Below the pieces are notes generated by a model. The model saw only the letters and a list, made by a program, of their open reading frames with translations. It made no database searches and had not been told where the DNA came from. 64,000 nt of DNA from Candidatus Poseidoniales archaeon (GTDB lineage: Archaea > Thermoplasmatota > Poseidoniia > Poseidoniales > Thalassarchaeaceae): positions 41,143-105,142 of the forward strand of contig DUAE01000055.1 of assembly GCA_012960975.1 (NCBI GenBank). The letters are read 5' to 3'. Of this stretch, positions 9,462-18,739 are shown piece after piece. A program made the translations under genes and the position numbers. The first letter of the stretch is position 1. The number at the start of each line of letters is the position of its first letter.

Positions 9462-10670
9462 ATGCCTCGGATGTCTATGGACTCTGACACAGGTGTTGAC
9501 TACAAAGGGTCATCTCTTCTGAATAGACATGTTCTATTCGTTATTTCGGGAGGTATTGCTGCTGTTGAATCGATTAAATTACTCCGTGAATTACGTAGGC
9601 ACAGAGCAAAAATCACAATTATGATGACTAAAGAGGCTGAAAAAATAATTTCCCCTCTAGCAATATCTTGGGCTGCCAATGAAAAAATATTGACAGATTG
9701 GGATCCTGAAATGAAACAATTAGATAATTATGACGCATTATTAGTAGCTCCTGCCACTAGGAACACAATTGCTAAGCATATCCATGGCATTATGGATTCT
9801 CCCGTTATGATGTCTTTAGCTGCAGCAAGAGGATCCCAGACTCCTATTGTTTTCATTCCTTCAATGCATCAAGATATATTCGATGATCCCGTAACAGAAG
9901 ATTTGCTTCAACAAATAGAAAAAGAAGGGAATTACTACCTCCACACTACTAAAGATGAAGGTAAGGTCAAGCAGCCGGATTCAATACAAATTGTTGCTGA
10001 TTTTGCGCATATTATCAATTCTAGAAATCACAATCGGCAAGTAATTGCAATTACCTTAGGTGCAAACAGGGCTCCAATTGATGCAGTTAGAGCTATTCAA
10101 AATGCATCATCCGGAAGAACCGGTTGGGTAATTGCTGAATATCTGTATAGAATGGGTCATGAAGTGATTTGTATTGCTGGAAAAACATCTGCAAATTCGT
10201 CGTTTAAATTACCCACTATCATTCGGGCCGGTGCTCCTAATGATATGTTAGAAGCCTCGCTTATTGTTGCCAACGAAAATCCTAAACCAACCTGTTGGAT
10301 CCATGCAGCCGCTGTTTTAGATTATTTTACCGAACCTGAAATCGGTAAAATAGCGAGTGGAAGTAATAAATGGGAAATCACACTTTTACCTGGCCCAAAA
10401 CATATTGCCGAATTATCTGAAATTACTAGAAACACTGTAAGGATAGGTTTCAAACTTGAAACCAACGTATCTGATGATATATTAATTGAAAGAGCGATAG
10501 ATCTAATTCAAAAATATGGAGTAAATGCAGTTGTTGCCAACCTTCTAGAAAATTTAGGAGATTCATCTAAACCTCGGGCATACATAATTAGAGAAGATGG
10601 GGGACATATTATTGCACAAAACGAACAAGAAATGTGTTCTCAAATAGAGGATATAATCTTAGGTAATTAA
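9462..10670 (+). CDS. coaBC: Bifunctional phosphopantothenoylcysteine decarboxylase / phosphopantothenate-cysteine ligase (CoaBC)
   Basis: An N-terminal flavoprotein fold (VLFVISGGIAAVESIKLLRELRR...IMMT) is joined to a C-terminal DFP ligase domain. Length is 402 aa. Confidence 0.8.
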   Translation: MPRMSMDSDTGVDYKGSSLLNRHVLFVISGGIAAVESIKLLRELRRHRAKITIMMTKEAEKIISPLAISWAANEKILTDWDPEMKQLDNYDALLVAPATRNTIAKHIHGIMDSPVMMSLAAARGSQTPIVFIPSMHQDIFDDPVTEDLLQQIEKEGNYYLHTTKDEGKVKQPDSIQIVADFAHIINSRNHNRQVIAITLGANRAPIDAVRAIQNASSGRTGWVIAEYLYRMGHEVICIAGKTSANSSFKLPTIIRAGAPNDMLEASLIVANENPKPTCWIHAAAVLDYFTEPEIGKIASGSNKWEITLLPGPKHIAELSEITRNTVRIGFKLETNVSDDILIERAIDLIQKYGVNAVVANLLENLGDSSKPRAYIIREDGGHIIAQNEQEMCSQIEDIILGN

Positions 10671-10719
10671 CCAAATTAGTGCGGCACATTGAAGCAGATT
10701 AGATTGGTGGACAGAAATC

Positions 10720-12240
10720 ATGGGTAAGCAGGGAAAGGCGAAGCGTGGCATCCCTCCTAAGTCTGATTTCAATTCGTGGTACCCAGCAATTGTTGAAATC
10801 GCGGATTTGGTAGATAAAAGATACCCAATCAAAGGAATGGATGTTTGGAAGCCTTATGGTTTACGCACGATGGGACTAATTGACGGTTTGACTCGTCAAG
10901 AAATGGCCTCAACCGGTCATGAAGAATATAATTTTCCCCTCTTGGTGCCTGAAGATCTTCTAGAAAAAGAAAATAGACTTGTTTCTAGATTAAAAGCTGC
11001 CAGGGAACTTGGAATAGATCCTTCTGAATTAAGACTTGATGAAGAAGAATCTGGATTTTCTAAAGAAGTCTATTGGGTTACGAAGGGTGGTGACAACGAA
11101 TTAGAAAAACCGATGTTTTTACGACCTACTTCTGAAACTCCAATGTACACAATGTTTTCTTTATGGGTTCGTAATCATGCCGACCTTCCCCTGAAAACTT
11201 TCCAAATCGTTAATACATTTCGCTATGAGACAAAACAAACACGTTCATTTATTCGTGTACGAGAAATTCACTTCTTTGAGGCTCACACTGTTCATAAAAA
11301 TGAAGCGGGGGCGACGCGACAAATCGAGGAAGATGCAAAAATCGTTCAAAGATTAATGCATGATTTATGCATTCCTGTACTAATTTCAATCCGGCCTGTT
11401 TGGGACACATTTCCAGGAGCATGGTACTCAACTGCAGTTGATGCAGTAATGCCGAACGGTAGAACCTTGCAAATCGCAACATATCATCATTATCGAGACC
11501 AATGGGCAGAAGCATTCAATCTTAATTATGAAGATTCAGATGGTAAAACTCAAAATTGTCATCAAACTACTTTTGGAATGTCTGAGCGATTACTAGGTGC
11601 AATTGTTGGGATGCATGGTGATGATGCCGGGCTTATTCTCCCCCCTACTGTCGCTCCACATCAGGTTATTTTAATGCCTATCGCTTCCCATATTGATCGT
11701 AATGTTTCAATTAAAGTGAATGAATTAGCTGAAGAGCTTCGTTCTAATGGGATTAGAGTATTTGTTGATGACCGAGATTTGCGTCCTGGTGCCAAACATT
11801 ATGATTGGGAAATTAAAGGTGCGCCAATTAGATTAGAATTAGGTCCTCGAGATTTAGTTTCCGATAAATGTGTTTTATCTTTACGAACCGGTGGTAAAGA
11901 AGAAGTCGCGTTAAAGTCTATTTCAGAAACTATTTTGTCTACACTAGAAACTATTTCCAATATTTTGAGAGAACGAGCCAGCATACATCAAAAAGAATTA
12001 ATTAAGCCATTACCAGTTTTAGAAAAAACTGATTCGGGTTGGGTTATTGATGGAGAAATTGATGAAGGGATCGTTTACGAATTTGCATTTGAAGGAAATG
12101 ATGCAGACGCAGAAATCATTGAGAAAATTACTGGCATGACATTGTTAGGCGATTGTGAATCCAGTTATCTTGAAGAAGTCCCTTGTATTGTCACTGGGAA
12201 ATTAACTACTCGCAAGCAACACATAGCTCGGATGTATTGA
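10720..12240 (+). CDS. proS: Prolyl-tRNA synthetase, archaeal/eukaryal type
   Basis: FNSWYPAIVEIADL...PIKGMDVWKPYG, class II motifs and a C-terminal zinc-binding-like extension are present. Length is 506 aa. Confidence 0.85.
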   Translation: MGKQGKAKRGIPPKSDFNSWYPAIVEIADLVDKRYPIKGMDVWKPYGLRTMGLIDGLTRQEMASTGHEEYNFPLLVPEDLLEKENRLVSRLKAARELGIDPSELRLDEEESGFSKEVYWVTKGGDNELEKPMFLRPTSETPMYTMFSLWVRNHADLPLKTFQIVNTFRYETKQTRSFIRVREIHFFEAHTVHKNEAGATRQIEEDAKIVQRLMHDLCIPVLISIRPVWDTFPGAWYSTAVDAVMPNGRTLQIATYHHYRDQWAEAFNLNYEDSDGKTQNCHQTTFGMSERLLGAIVGMHGDDAGLILPPTVAPHQVILMPIASHIDRNVSIKVNELAEELRSNGIRVFVDDRDLRPGAKHYDWEIKGAPIRLELGPRDLVSDKCVLSLRTGGKEEVALKSISETILSTLETISNILRERASIHQKELIKPLPVLEKTDSGWVIDGEIDEGIVYEFAFEGNDADAEIIEKITGMTLLGDCESSYLEEVPCIVTGKLTTRKQHIARMY

Positions 12241-12242
12241 TA

Positions 12243-13118
12243 TCATTTTTTGATAATTAAACCGAATAGTGACATTATTCCAAACAGCATCATCAATGCT
12301 CCATCTAAAACATCACCTGATTTTGCAGGTGCCCATGAATTAACAGACTCATACTCTTCAATTTCGGAAAATATTAATTTGGGATTATTTGAGCATTCAT
12401 CATTTGAAAATTGAATTTGTCCTTGTGTAGTAATTGTTTCACATCCGATACAACCCGATAATGATGCAACTTCAGTCCCATTTTCGATTAATGTAGTTAC
12501 ATAGGTATAAGGTGGAGTATTAACTACCCAACTGTTTGAATGTACAATAAAATTACCTGAGGTTTTCCAAGTAAAATCACCGATTTCAATTAAATTATTG
12601 GATCCATCTTCAGATATAATCCAGGTTATTGAATAATCGGTCATATTTTTGAGGAAATCACCGCTCCAAAATAAATGTAAATTTCCGTCTACGACAGTAG
12701 TGGACACGGAGAATTCGAGAGGTGCATCGTGAGTATCATCAACACATAAAGGGAGTAATGATCCTATGCCAACATAGAAATTAATTCCAACGAAAAGCAA
12801 ACCAATAATACCAACAGTCAGTATAAACAAATATCTTTTAGGTTGTTTTTCAGATTCAATATGCATAGGGGGGGGTTCGATAAATTCTGGTATTTCAACA
12901 CCATGACTAGCCCCATTATCATTAGTAATCGGAGTAGCGATTTCTGGTTCGGGTATTGATATCCCTAAGCCTTCTAGAGCTTCTCGTCCATAAATCCGTT
13001 CTGCTAAGTGGAAAAACTCAGCATCCATTTCTAATTCAGAGGGATCGATGGATCCATCGAGCAACTGTCGGAGCCGCTCAGCCTCGTTCATATTAGCACC
13101 TGTATTCGACCCCTTCAT
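12243..13118 (-). CDS. Hypothetical surface/membrane protein with an internal TM segment and a C-terminal hydrophobic anchor
   Basis: Seen in sequence only: hydrophobic segments near aa 95-115 and at the C-terminus (ALMMLFGIMSLFGLIIKK). A Cys-rich extracellular region lies between them. Confidence 0.35.
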   Translation of the reverse strand: MKGSNTGANMNEAERLRQLLDGSIDPSELEMDAEFFHLAERIYGREALEGLGISIPEPEIATPITNDNGASHGVEIPEFIEPPPMHIESEKQPKRYLFILTVGIIGLLFVGINFYVGIGSLLPLCVDDTHDAPLEFSVSTTVVDGNLHLFWSGDFLKNMTDYSITWIISEDGSNNLIEIGDFTWKTSGNFIVHSNSWVVNTPPYTYVTTLIENGTEVASLSGCIGCETITTQGQIQFSNDECSNNPKLIFSEIEEYESVNSWAPAKSGDVLDGALMMLFGIMSLFGLIIKK

Positions 13119-13153
13119 GAATCAAACCCTAATTTATTGATTGGAAGAATAAT

Positions 13154-14101
13154 TTATTTACGTTTCAAGACTTTTCGCACAGCATTTTCGATAGATTCTG
13201 AATTGATACCAATATGCAGCATTAGATCCCCAGTTTCCCCACTTTCTCCAAATCTATCATTCACTCCGACCATCTCTAAGGGGGATGGACAATTTCGGGC
13301 CAAATATTCCGATACTGCTCCTCCTAAGCCACCGATTACAGAATGATCTTCTGCTGTAACAAAACAACCAATATTATTTGATAATATGTTGATTAGATTT
13401 CCGTCAAGAGGTTTGATGGTGTGCATATCGACAACAGTGGCATTAATTCCCTCAATAGCAAGATTTGAAGCCGCCATAGATGCTTCGTTAACCATTATTC
13501 CACAGGCAATAATTGCTACGTCATGCCCCTCTCTAATCACCGATCCTTTTCCGATTTTTAATGATTTCACAGAATCTTGATCGTATGTCCGAGGTACTTT
13601 ATTTCTCGCTGTTCGAGTATAGGATGGATTTCCGTGATTGAGTAACTGCATGGTAAGTTCCTCGGCAGATAAGTCGTCACAAGGATGCATAACAGTCAAA
13701 TTTGGAATTGTACGGTAAATTCCTAAATCTTCAATGGATTGTGCACTACTTCCATCTGTTCCAGTATGTATACCTCCGTGGCTGCCACAGATATGTACAA
13801 CTAACCCTGGCCTTGCTATACCATTTCTGACTTGTTCAAAGGCTCGTTCTGTAAAAATAGCAAAAGTACTAGCAAATGGAACCTTTCCTGATGAAGCCAT
13901 CCCTGCTGCAACAAGCATCATATTTTGTTCTGCGATTCCAACTGATATCGTTCTCTCAGGGTGCTTAGCACGAAATAGGCACGATTTTGTTGATTTGCCT
14001 AAATCTGCTTCAAGGACAACGACCCTCTTGTCATCTGCAAGCCTGAGAAGGGCATTGCCATAACCATCACGAGAAGCGCCGCCAGTTGAGGGGCCACTCA
14101 T
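13154..14101 (-). CDS. Transketolase, C-terminal subunit (split archaeal-type)
   Basis: Pyrimidine-binding and C-terminal transketolase domains are present (…ICGSHGGIHTGTDGSSAQSIEDL…). It overlaps the N-terminal subunit gene by 4 nt. Confidence 0.85.
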   Translation of the reverse strand: MSGPSTGGASRDGYGNALLRLADDKRVVVLEADLGKSTKSCLFRAKHPERTISVGIAEQNMMLVAAGMASSGKVPFASTFAIFTERAFEQVRNGIARPGLVVHICGSHGGIHTGTDGSSAQSIEDLGIYRTIPNLTVMHPCDDLSAEELTMQLLNHGNPSYTRTARNKVPRTYDQDSVKSLKIGKGSVIREGHDVAIIACGIMVNEASMAASNLAIEGINATVVDMHTIKPLDGNLINILSNNIGCFVTAEDHSVIGGLGGAVSEYLARNCPSPLEMVGVNDRFGESGETGDLMLHIGINSESIENAVRKVLKRK

Positions 14102-14913
14102 GATAATTCCTCCATGGCGATAGCTAATTCATTATCATCTGGAGCCTTTCCATGAAATGAGGGGTTATTTTCCATAAAGGAGATTCCTTTTCCTTTAACC
14201 GTATGTGCAATAATTGCACAAGGTTCAGTATTATTATTCGAAGCCCAGTTAAGAGCTGAAACAACTTCATGCATATCATGCCCATTAATTTCCTTGACCG
14301 CCCAGCCAAACGATGAAAATTTTTCACCAATATCTCCAATTTCCATCTGTACATCCATAAAATCATCATTTTGTATGCGATTCCGATCGACAATTATATT
14401 GAGATTACCAATTTTATGATGATCTGCAGCCATAGCCGCTTCCCAAATTTGACCCTCTTGTGTTTCCCCGTCTCCTATCATTACCCAAATTTTCCTAGAA
14501 CTTTTATCCATTCTAGCGGCTAATGCACAACCTATTCCGAAAGATAGACCCATGCCTAGGCTTCCTGCGGAAAAATCTACTCCATCTGTCCATTTCATAT
14601 CGACATGACCTTGACACGTCGATCCTAGTTGTCTAAAAGTATCGATGTCATTTTGATCCAATAACCCTAGTTCAAAAAGCATGGAATAAACTGCAGGACT
14701 TGCATGACCTTTACTCATAATAAATCGATCTCTATCTGACCAATTTGGGTTTTTTACATCAAATCTGAATTCGGTTCCATATAATCCAACTATTAAGTCG
14801 ATTGCTGAAAGAGAACCACCCGGATGACCGGCACCTGCTTTGTGAATCATTTGAACAATATTTTTACGACAATTTCTGGCCGTATCTTCCAATTCTTTGA
14901 TATTTACACCCAT
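14098..14913 (-). CDS. Transketolase, N-terminal (TPP-binding) subunit
   Basis: GHPGGSLS, GDGETQEG and TPP-binding motifs are present. The gene precedes the C-terminal subunit gene on the same strand. Confidence 0.85.
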   Translation of the reverse strand: MGVNIKELEDTARNCRKNIVQMIHKAGAGHPGGSLSAIDLIVGLYGTEFRFDVKNPNWSDRDRFIMSKGHASPAVYSMLFELGLLDQNDIDTFRQLGSTCQGHVDMKWTDGVDFSAGSLGMGLSFGIGCALAARMDKSSRKIWVMIGDGETQEGQIWEAAMAADHHKIGNLNIIVDRNRIQNDDFMDVQMEIGDIGEKFSSFGWAVKEINGHDMHEVVSALNWASNNNTEPCAIIAHTVKGKGISFMENNPSFHGKAPDDNELAIAMEELS

Positions 14914-15056
14914 TCCTGAGGCCCTCTGAGGTTAGTTCCTTAATCGTATGGCTATTGATGGTTTCCAGTGGTCTTACAGGAATTTTTCAATTTTTTTTTA
15001 ATAAGTTCAATAATCTTGATTAGATTAATTAAAATCAGAATGTTGATTGCCTACAT

Positions 15057-16274
15057 TTGGTGAAGGTTGTGGAGATGTCAACTCTAGCTGGGATTTCAGA
15101 TTGGCAAACCGAGTTCAAGAGGTCAAAAGTCCCATTTTCAATATCATCAGATGCCTTTCTGTCTAAATGTCATACATTAATTTGCAATGATCAGCGGATT
15201 TCTTTAGAATTAGGCATTCAATTATTCAACCATAATAATCTATCTGGAATATTTGCATTGGCCAATTTAATTAAAAATTCAAGGTATGGAAATTATGTTT
15301 ATTTTAATGAAAATTTACATGTAAATACTACAAATATTTGTGTTTTAGCCTGTAGATTTTGTGCTTTCCGTAAGGGACCCAGGCATTCAGAAGCATATTC
15401 ATTGAATGTCAAAGAATATTTAGAACAAATTAAACCATTTGCTAACAGAATAGACGAAGTTCATTCCGTTGGCGGATTGCACCCTGAATGGACAATAGAA
15501 CACTATGAAGAATTATATCGTGAATCAAAAAAATCTTTTCCCAATATTATGATTAAATCATTAACAGCAGTTGAGATTAAACATATTGCAAATAGGTCTG
15601 AATTATCAATTGAAGACACATTAATTCGTTTGTCTGATGCTGGATTGGATTCCTTACCAGGAGGTGGAGCCGAGATACTCGTTGATTCTGTGCGTAATCG
15701 TATTTGTCATGGAAAAGAATCATCAGATGAATACTTGAACATACATAAAATCGCGCATAACCTAGATATTAGTACAAATTGTACAATGTTATTTGGGACA
15801 GTTGAAACATTAGAAGAGAGAGCGATACATCTTGATAAATTAAGAATGTTACAGGATGAGACAAATGGGTTTCAATGCTTTGTTCCATATCCATTTTTAC
15901 CAGATAAATCTAGATTGCCTGAGGCGCAATTGGCCTCACTAAATGAAATTTTAAGGGTAATAGCTATTTCAAGAATTATGTTGGACAACATTCCACACAT
16001 CAAAGCGTATCGGATGAACTTAGGTTCAAAGGTTGCATCACTAGCGCTATTAGCAGGAGCAGATGATATAGATGGAACAGTCAACCATGAGGAAATAATG
16101 CATGAAGCAGGAAGTATGGCCAGACTAGATACTGATAGTGACGAATTATCGAGATTAATCGAATCAGTAGATTCTATCCCGATTAAACGCAATACATTAT
16201 ACACAGAATTTTCACGATATCAAAGGAAATTAAATGATCATTCTCGGCGTTTACCAATTTCCCATCAACCATAG
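15057..16274 (+). CDS. Radical SAM enzyme of the futalosine pathway (MqnC/MqnE family; CofG/H-like)
   Basis: NICVLACRFCAF is a CxxxCxxC radical-SAM cluster motif in an MqnC/E-like context. mqnA follows immediately. Confidence 0.65.
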   Translation: MVKVVEMSTLAGISDWQTEFKRSKVPFSISSDAFLSKCHTLICNDQRISLELGIQLFNHNNLSGIFALANLIKNSRYGNYVYFNENLHVNTTNICVLACRFCAFRKGPRHSEAYSLNVKEYLEQIKPFANRIDEVHSVGGLHPEWTIEHYEELYRESKKSFPNIMIKSLTAVEIKHIANRSELSIEDTLIRLSDAGLDSLPGGGAEILVDSVRNRICHGKESSDEYLNIHKIAHNLDISTNCTMLFGTVETLEERAIHLDKLRMLQDETNGFQCFVPYPFLPDKSRLPEAQLASLNEILRVIAISRIMLDNIPHIKAYRMNLGSKVASLALLAGADDIDGTVNHEEIMHEAGSMARLDTDSDELSRLIESVDSIPIKRNTLYTEFSRYQRKLNDHSRRLPISHQP

Positions 16275-16282
16275 GTGTTCGA

Positions 16283-17077
16283 ATGACTTGGAGAAGAGTT
16301 CTGGGCAGAGTTTCATTTGCTAATTGCGACCCTATTTTTGATGGATTAGAAGAAAAATGGAAAATCCTCCCTGCTCCACCTGCTTGGCTAACTGGCCATG
16401 TACTCAGGAAAGATTGTCTGACAGCTCCCATACCTGCAGCTGATTATGCAAATTATTGTGACGAACTGCAATTAATTCCAGGATTAGGGATAGTTAGCCA
16501 AGGAGATGTTGGTTCGGTTTTATTGTTCGGAAATCGGAGTATTGATTCTATGAGGGATATTGCTCTACCTTCCGATTCATCGACTTCGAAAGAATTACTA
16601 AAATGGGTTCTAAAATTACGGGGGCTTGATCCTAAATTTAATGAAACAGGTCCAGATATTGATACTATGTTAAATGAATCTGATGGAGCATTATTAATCG
16701 GTGATAAGGCCTTATTGGCTGCTGATAAATATCCCAATTTAATCAAACTAGATTTAGGGGCTGAATGGACAATGATTACAGGGTATCCTATGGTATTCGG
16801 AGTTTTTGCAACCAGAAAAGATAGCCCAATTAAAGACATTATTAAAGCACGTCAGGCAATGTTAAACCAATATGAAAATTTTCTTTCAAACCCTGAATGG
16901 CAGAATCAAGTAATTACTAATACTGCGGATAAAATTGGTTTTTCTGAATCCAGAGTGAGACAATATTTCCATACAGAAGTTAGAAATTCATTAGATGATC
17001 ATTCTACTAAAGGATTGGAATTATTTCTCCAAGAAGTCTGTGGAATGACAGAACCAATATCGTGGGTTAAACTTTAG
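16283..17077 (+). CDS. mqnA: Chorismate dehydratase MqnA-like (futalosine pathway)
   Basis: N-terminus GRVSFANCDPIFDGL matches the MqnA/MqnD periplasmic-binding-protein-like family pattern (G+ISYLNxxP...GL). Confidence 0.6.
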   Translation: MTWRRVLGRVSFANCDPIFDGLEEKWKILPAPPAWLTGHVLRKDCLTAPIPAADYANYCDELQLIPGLGIVSQGDVGSVLLFGNRSIDSMRDIALPSDSSTSKELLKWVLKLRGLDPKFNETGPDIDTMLNESDGALLIGDKALLAADKYPNLIKLDLGAEWTMITGYPMVFGVFATRKDSPIKDIIKARQAMLNQYENFLSNPEWQNQVITNTADKIGFSESRVRQYFHTEVRNSLDDHSTKGLELFLQEVCGMTEPISWVKL

Positions 17078-17553
17078 GAATAATCCAAATTTTTACTAGA
17101 AATATAATTTAGTAAATCAATCGCTACTTCACAAGATTCAGCAACTACGATTTCAGAATCTTCAATAAAATCACTCAGTACTTCCATTGCCCGTTGGTCT
17201 CCAATCGCTCCTAAAGCCTCAGCTGCTTCGTGGCGCACCATTACGTCCTCCTCATTGTCTGCTAATCTGTCTATCAAGCAAGGTAGAGCATGAGAGTTTT
17301 GCATTTGCCCTAAAACGTAGGCAATTTCATGTTTCAACAATGCTGAATTAGAATTAAATGCACTGGATAAGGCGTCGACACTACCATTACCACCAATATT
17401 TCTTAGAGCGAACAAAGCTCTCATTCTTTGAAACATTTTTTGGTTTTCATCACATAAAATTATCTGTAACTTATCAATATTTTTCAGATCACTAGGCGGA
17501 GCTGGATCAACTGATTCGAAAGGACTAGTCTCTGGTTTAGTAGAATCGTTCAT
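17074..17553 (-). CDS. HEAT-repeat protein resembling one half of deoxyhypusine hydroxylase (PBS-lyase HEAT-like), with two His-Glu motifs
   Basis: RMRALFALRNIGG...SALLKHEIAYVLGQMQ...EEDVMVRHEAAEALGAIGD...EIVVAESCEVAIDLL closely follows the repeat pattern and HE di-iron ligand motifs of one DOHH half. It is co-directional with mqnD and adjoins it. Confidence 0.55.
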   Translation of the reverse strand: MNDSTKPETSPFESVDPAPPSDLKNIDKLQIILCDENQKMFQRMRALFALRNIGGNGSVDALSSAFNSNSALLKHEIAYVLGQMQNSHALPCLIDRLADNEEDVMVRHEAAEALGAIGDQRAMEVLSDFIEDSEIVVAESCEVAIDLLNYISSKNLDYS

Positions 17554-18414
17554 TTATTCACCTGAACCAATAAATTTTATCTCATCAACATTGAGATTTT
17601 CATCAACCATGCCAATTTTTTGACCTTCCTTCAAGAATAGTCTCACAGCATCCCGACCATCTTGACCAAAATCAATTGTACGCTCATTAACATACATCCT
17701 GACAAACTCTTCGTTAGTTTCATCATCAATCCCTCTACCCCATAACTTTGCGAACGATAAAGCCGAATCGGGATTATTTAACGAATGAACAATACTATTT
17801 TTCACATCCCCGGTCATTAATTCGCATAGAGATATACCAAGATTTTTTCTGACTACATTACCTCCTAATGGCAATGGTAAACCGGTTTTTTCATTCCACC
17901 AAACACCAAGGTCCAAGACGAGATGAACTCCCTCGTCTTTCCAGGTTAATTGCCCCTCATGAATAATCACGCCAACATCAAATTCGCCATTCAAAACTTT
18001 TGGTAAAATTTCATCAAATGGAACAACTTCAACATCTACTTCACCCCATGCTAATTTCAAGGATAGGTGTGCACTAGTGCCAAGACCTGGGATGGCAATT
18101 TTTGCCTTTTTCGCTTCATCGACAGAAATTTCCTTAGTAGAAATAATCATTGGGCCGTATCCTTCTCCCATAGAAGCACCACAATTCATCAAGTGATACT
18201 TATCTGCTATTGTTGGAAATGAATGAATACTAACGGCAGATATTTCATAATTTCCAATTAGTGCATGTTGATTGAGAGTTTCAATGTCTAATAGTACATG
18301 CTCGTAATTTCTACCATGTGTATTGATGGCTCCAGTGGTCATTGCATGGAACATAAAAGCATCATCTGGATCGGGCGAATGGCCAACTTTGTAACTGTCG
18401 GGTGAGTATTGCAT
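17554..18414 (-). CDS. mqnD: 1,4-dihydroxy-6-naphthoate synthase MqnD-like
   Basis: N-terminal GHSPDPDDAFMFHAM is the hallmark motif of MqnD. Length is 286 aa. Confidence 0.7.
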   Translation of the reverse strand: MQYSPDSYKVGHSPDPDDAFMFHAMTTGAINTHGRNYEHVLLDIETLNQHALIGNYEISAVSIHSFPTIADKYHLMNCGASMGEGYGPMIISTKEISVDEAKKAKIAIPGLGTSAHLSLKLAWGEVDVEVVPFDEILPKVLNGEFDVGVIIHEGQLTWKDEGVHLVLDLGVWWNEKTGLPLPLGGNVVRKNLGISLCELMTGDVKNSIVHSLNNPDSALSFAKLWGRGIDDETNEEFVRMYVNERTIDFGQDGRDAVRLFLKEGQKIGMVDENLNVDEIKFIGSGE

Positions 18415-18739
18415 ATAGTTCGCGAATAAAACACCTTGAAAATGCCTGTGGATATGAGTTCAGACTATGGGAAGGATAAATAGTGGAAATATAGCCCGAT
18501 AAAATGTGCCTGATGCATCGAAATTATCTACCGCTACCGGACAATTAGGTCCAATTTGTTCAATAACGGGTAAAGCCATGACTTTTTCAGAGGCAATTAT
18601 CCTTGATAATGAATATGTTTGTTGGGATGCATATGTCAAATTAACCGGTGCGGCATCTGCTACAGATGTTATCGAGGAATGATAGTTAACACACCTCGGA
18701 ATCCTCAACTTAATTTGCCCCCTGCTCACCAAAGGGGAC

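Noticed and set aside
13137-14063. Several 60-110-aa ORFs antisense to the transketolase genes, plus similar nested ORFs throughout the track
   Set aside because: They overlap strongly supported CDSs on the opposite strand or in other frames. The same applies to ORFs at 926-1177, 1174-1626, 8223-8471, 11249-11515, 15872-16204, 16453-16839, 24227-24490, 53443-53803, 56416-57603 and others. These are typical shadow ORFs.
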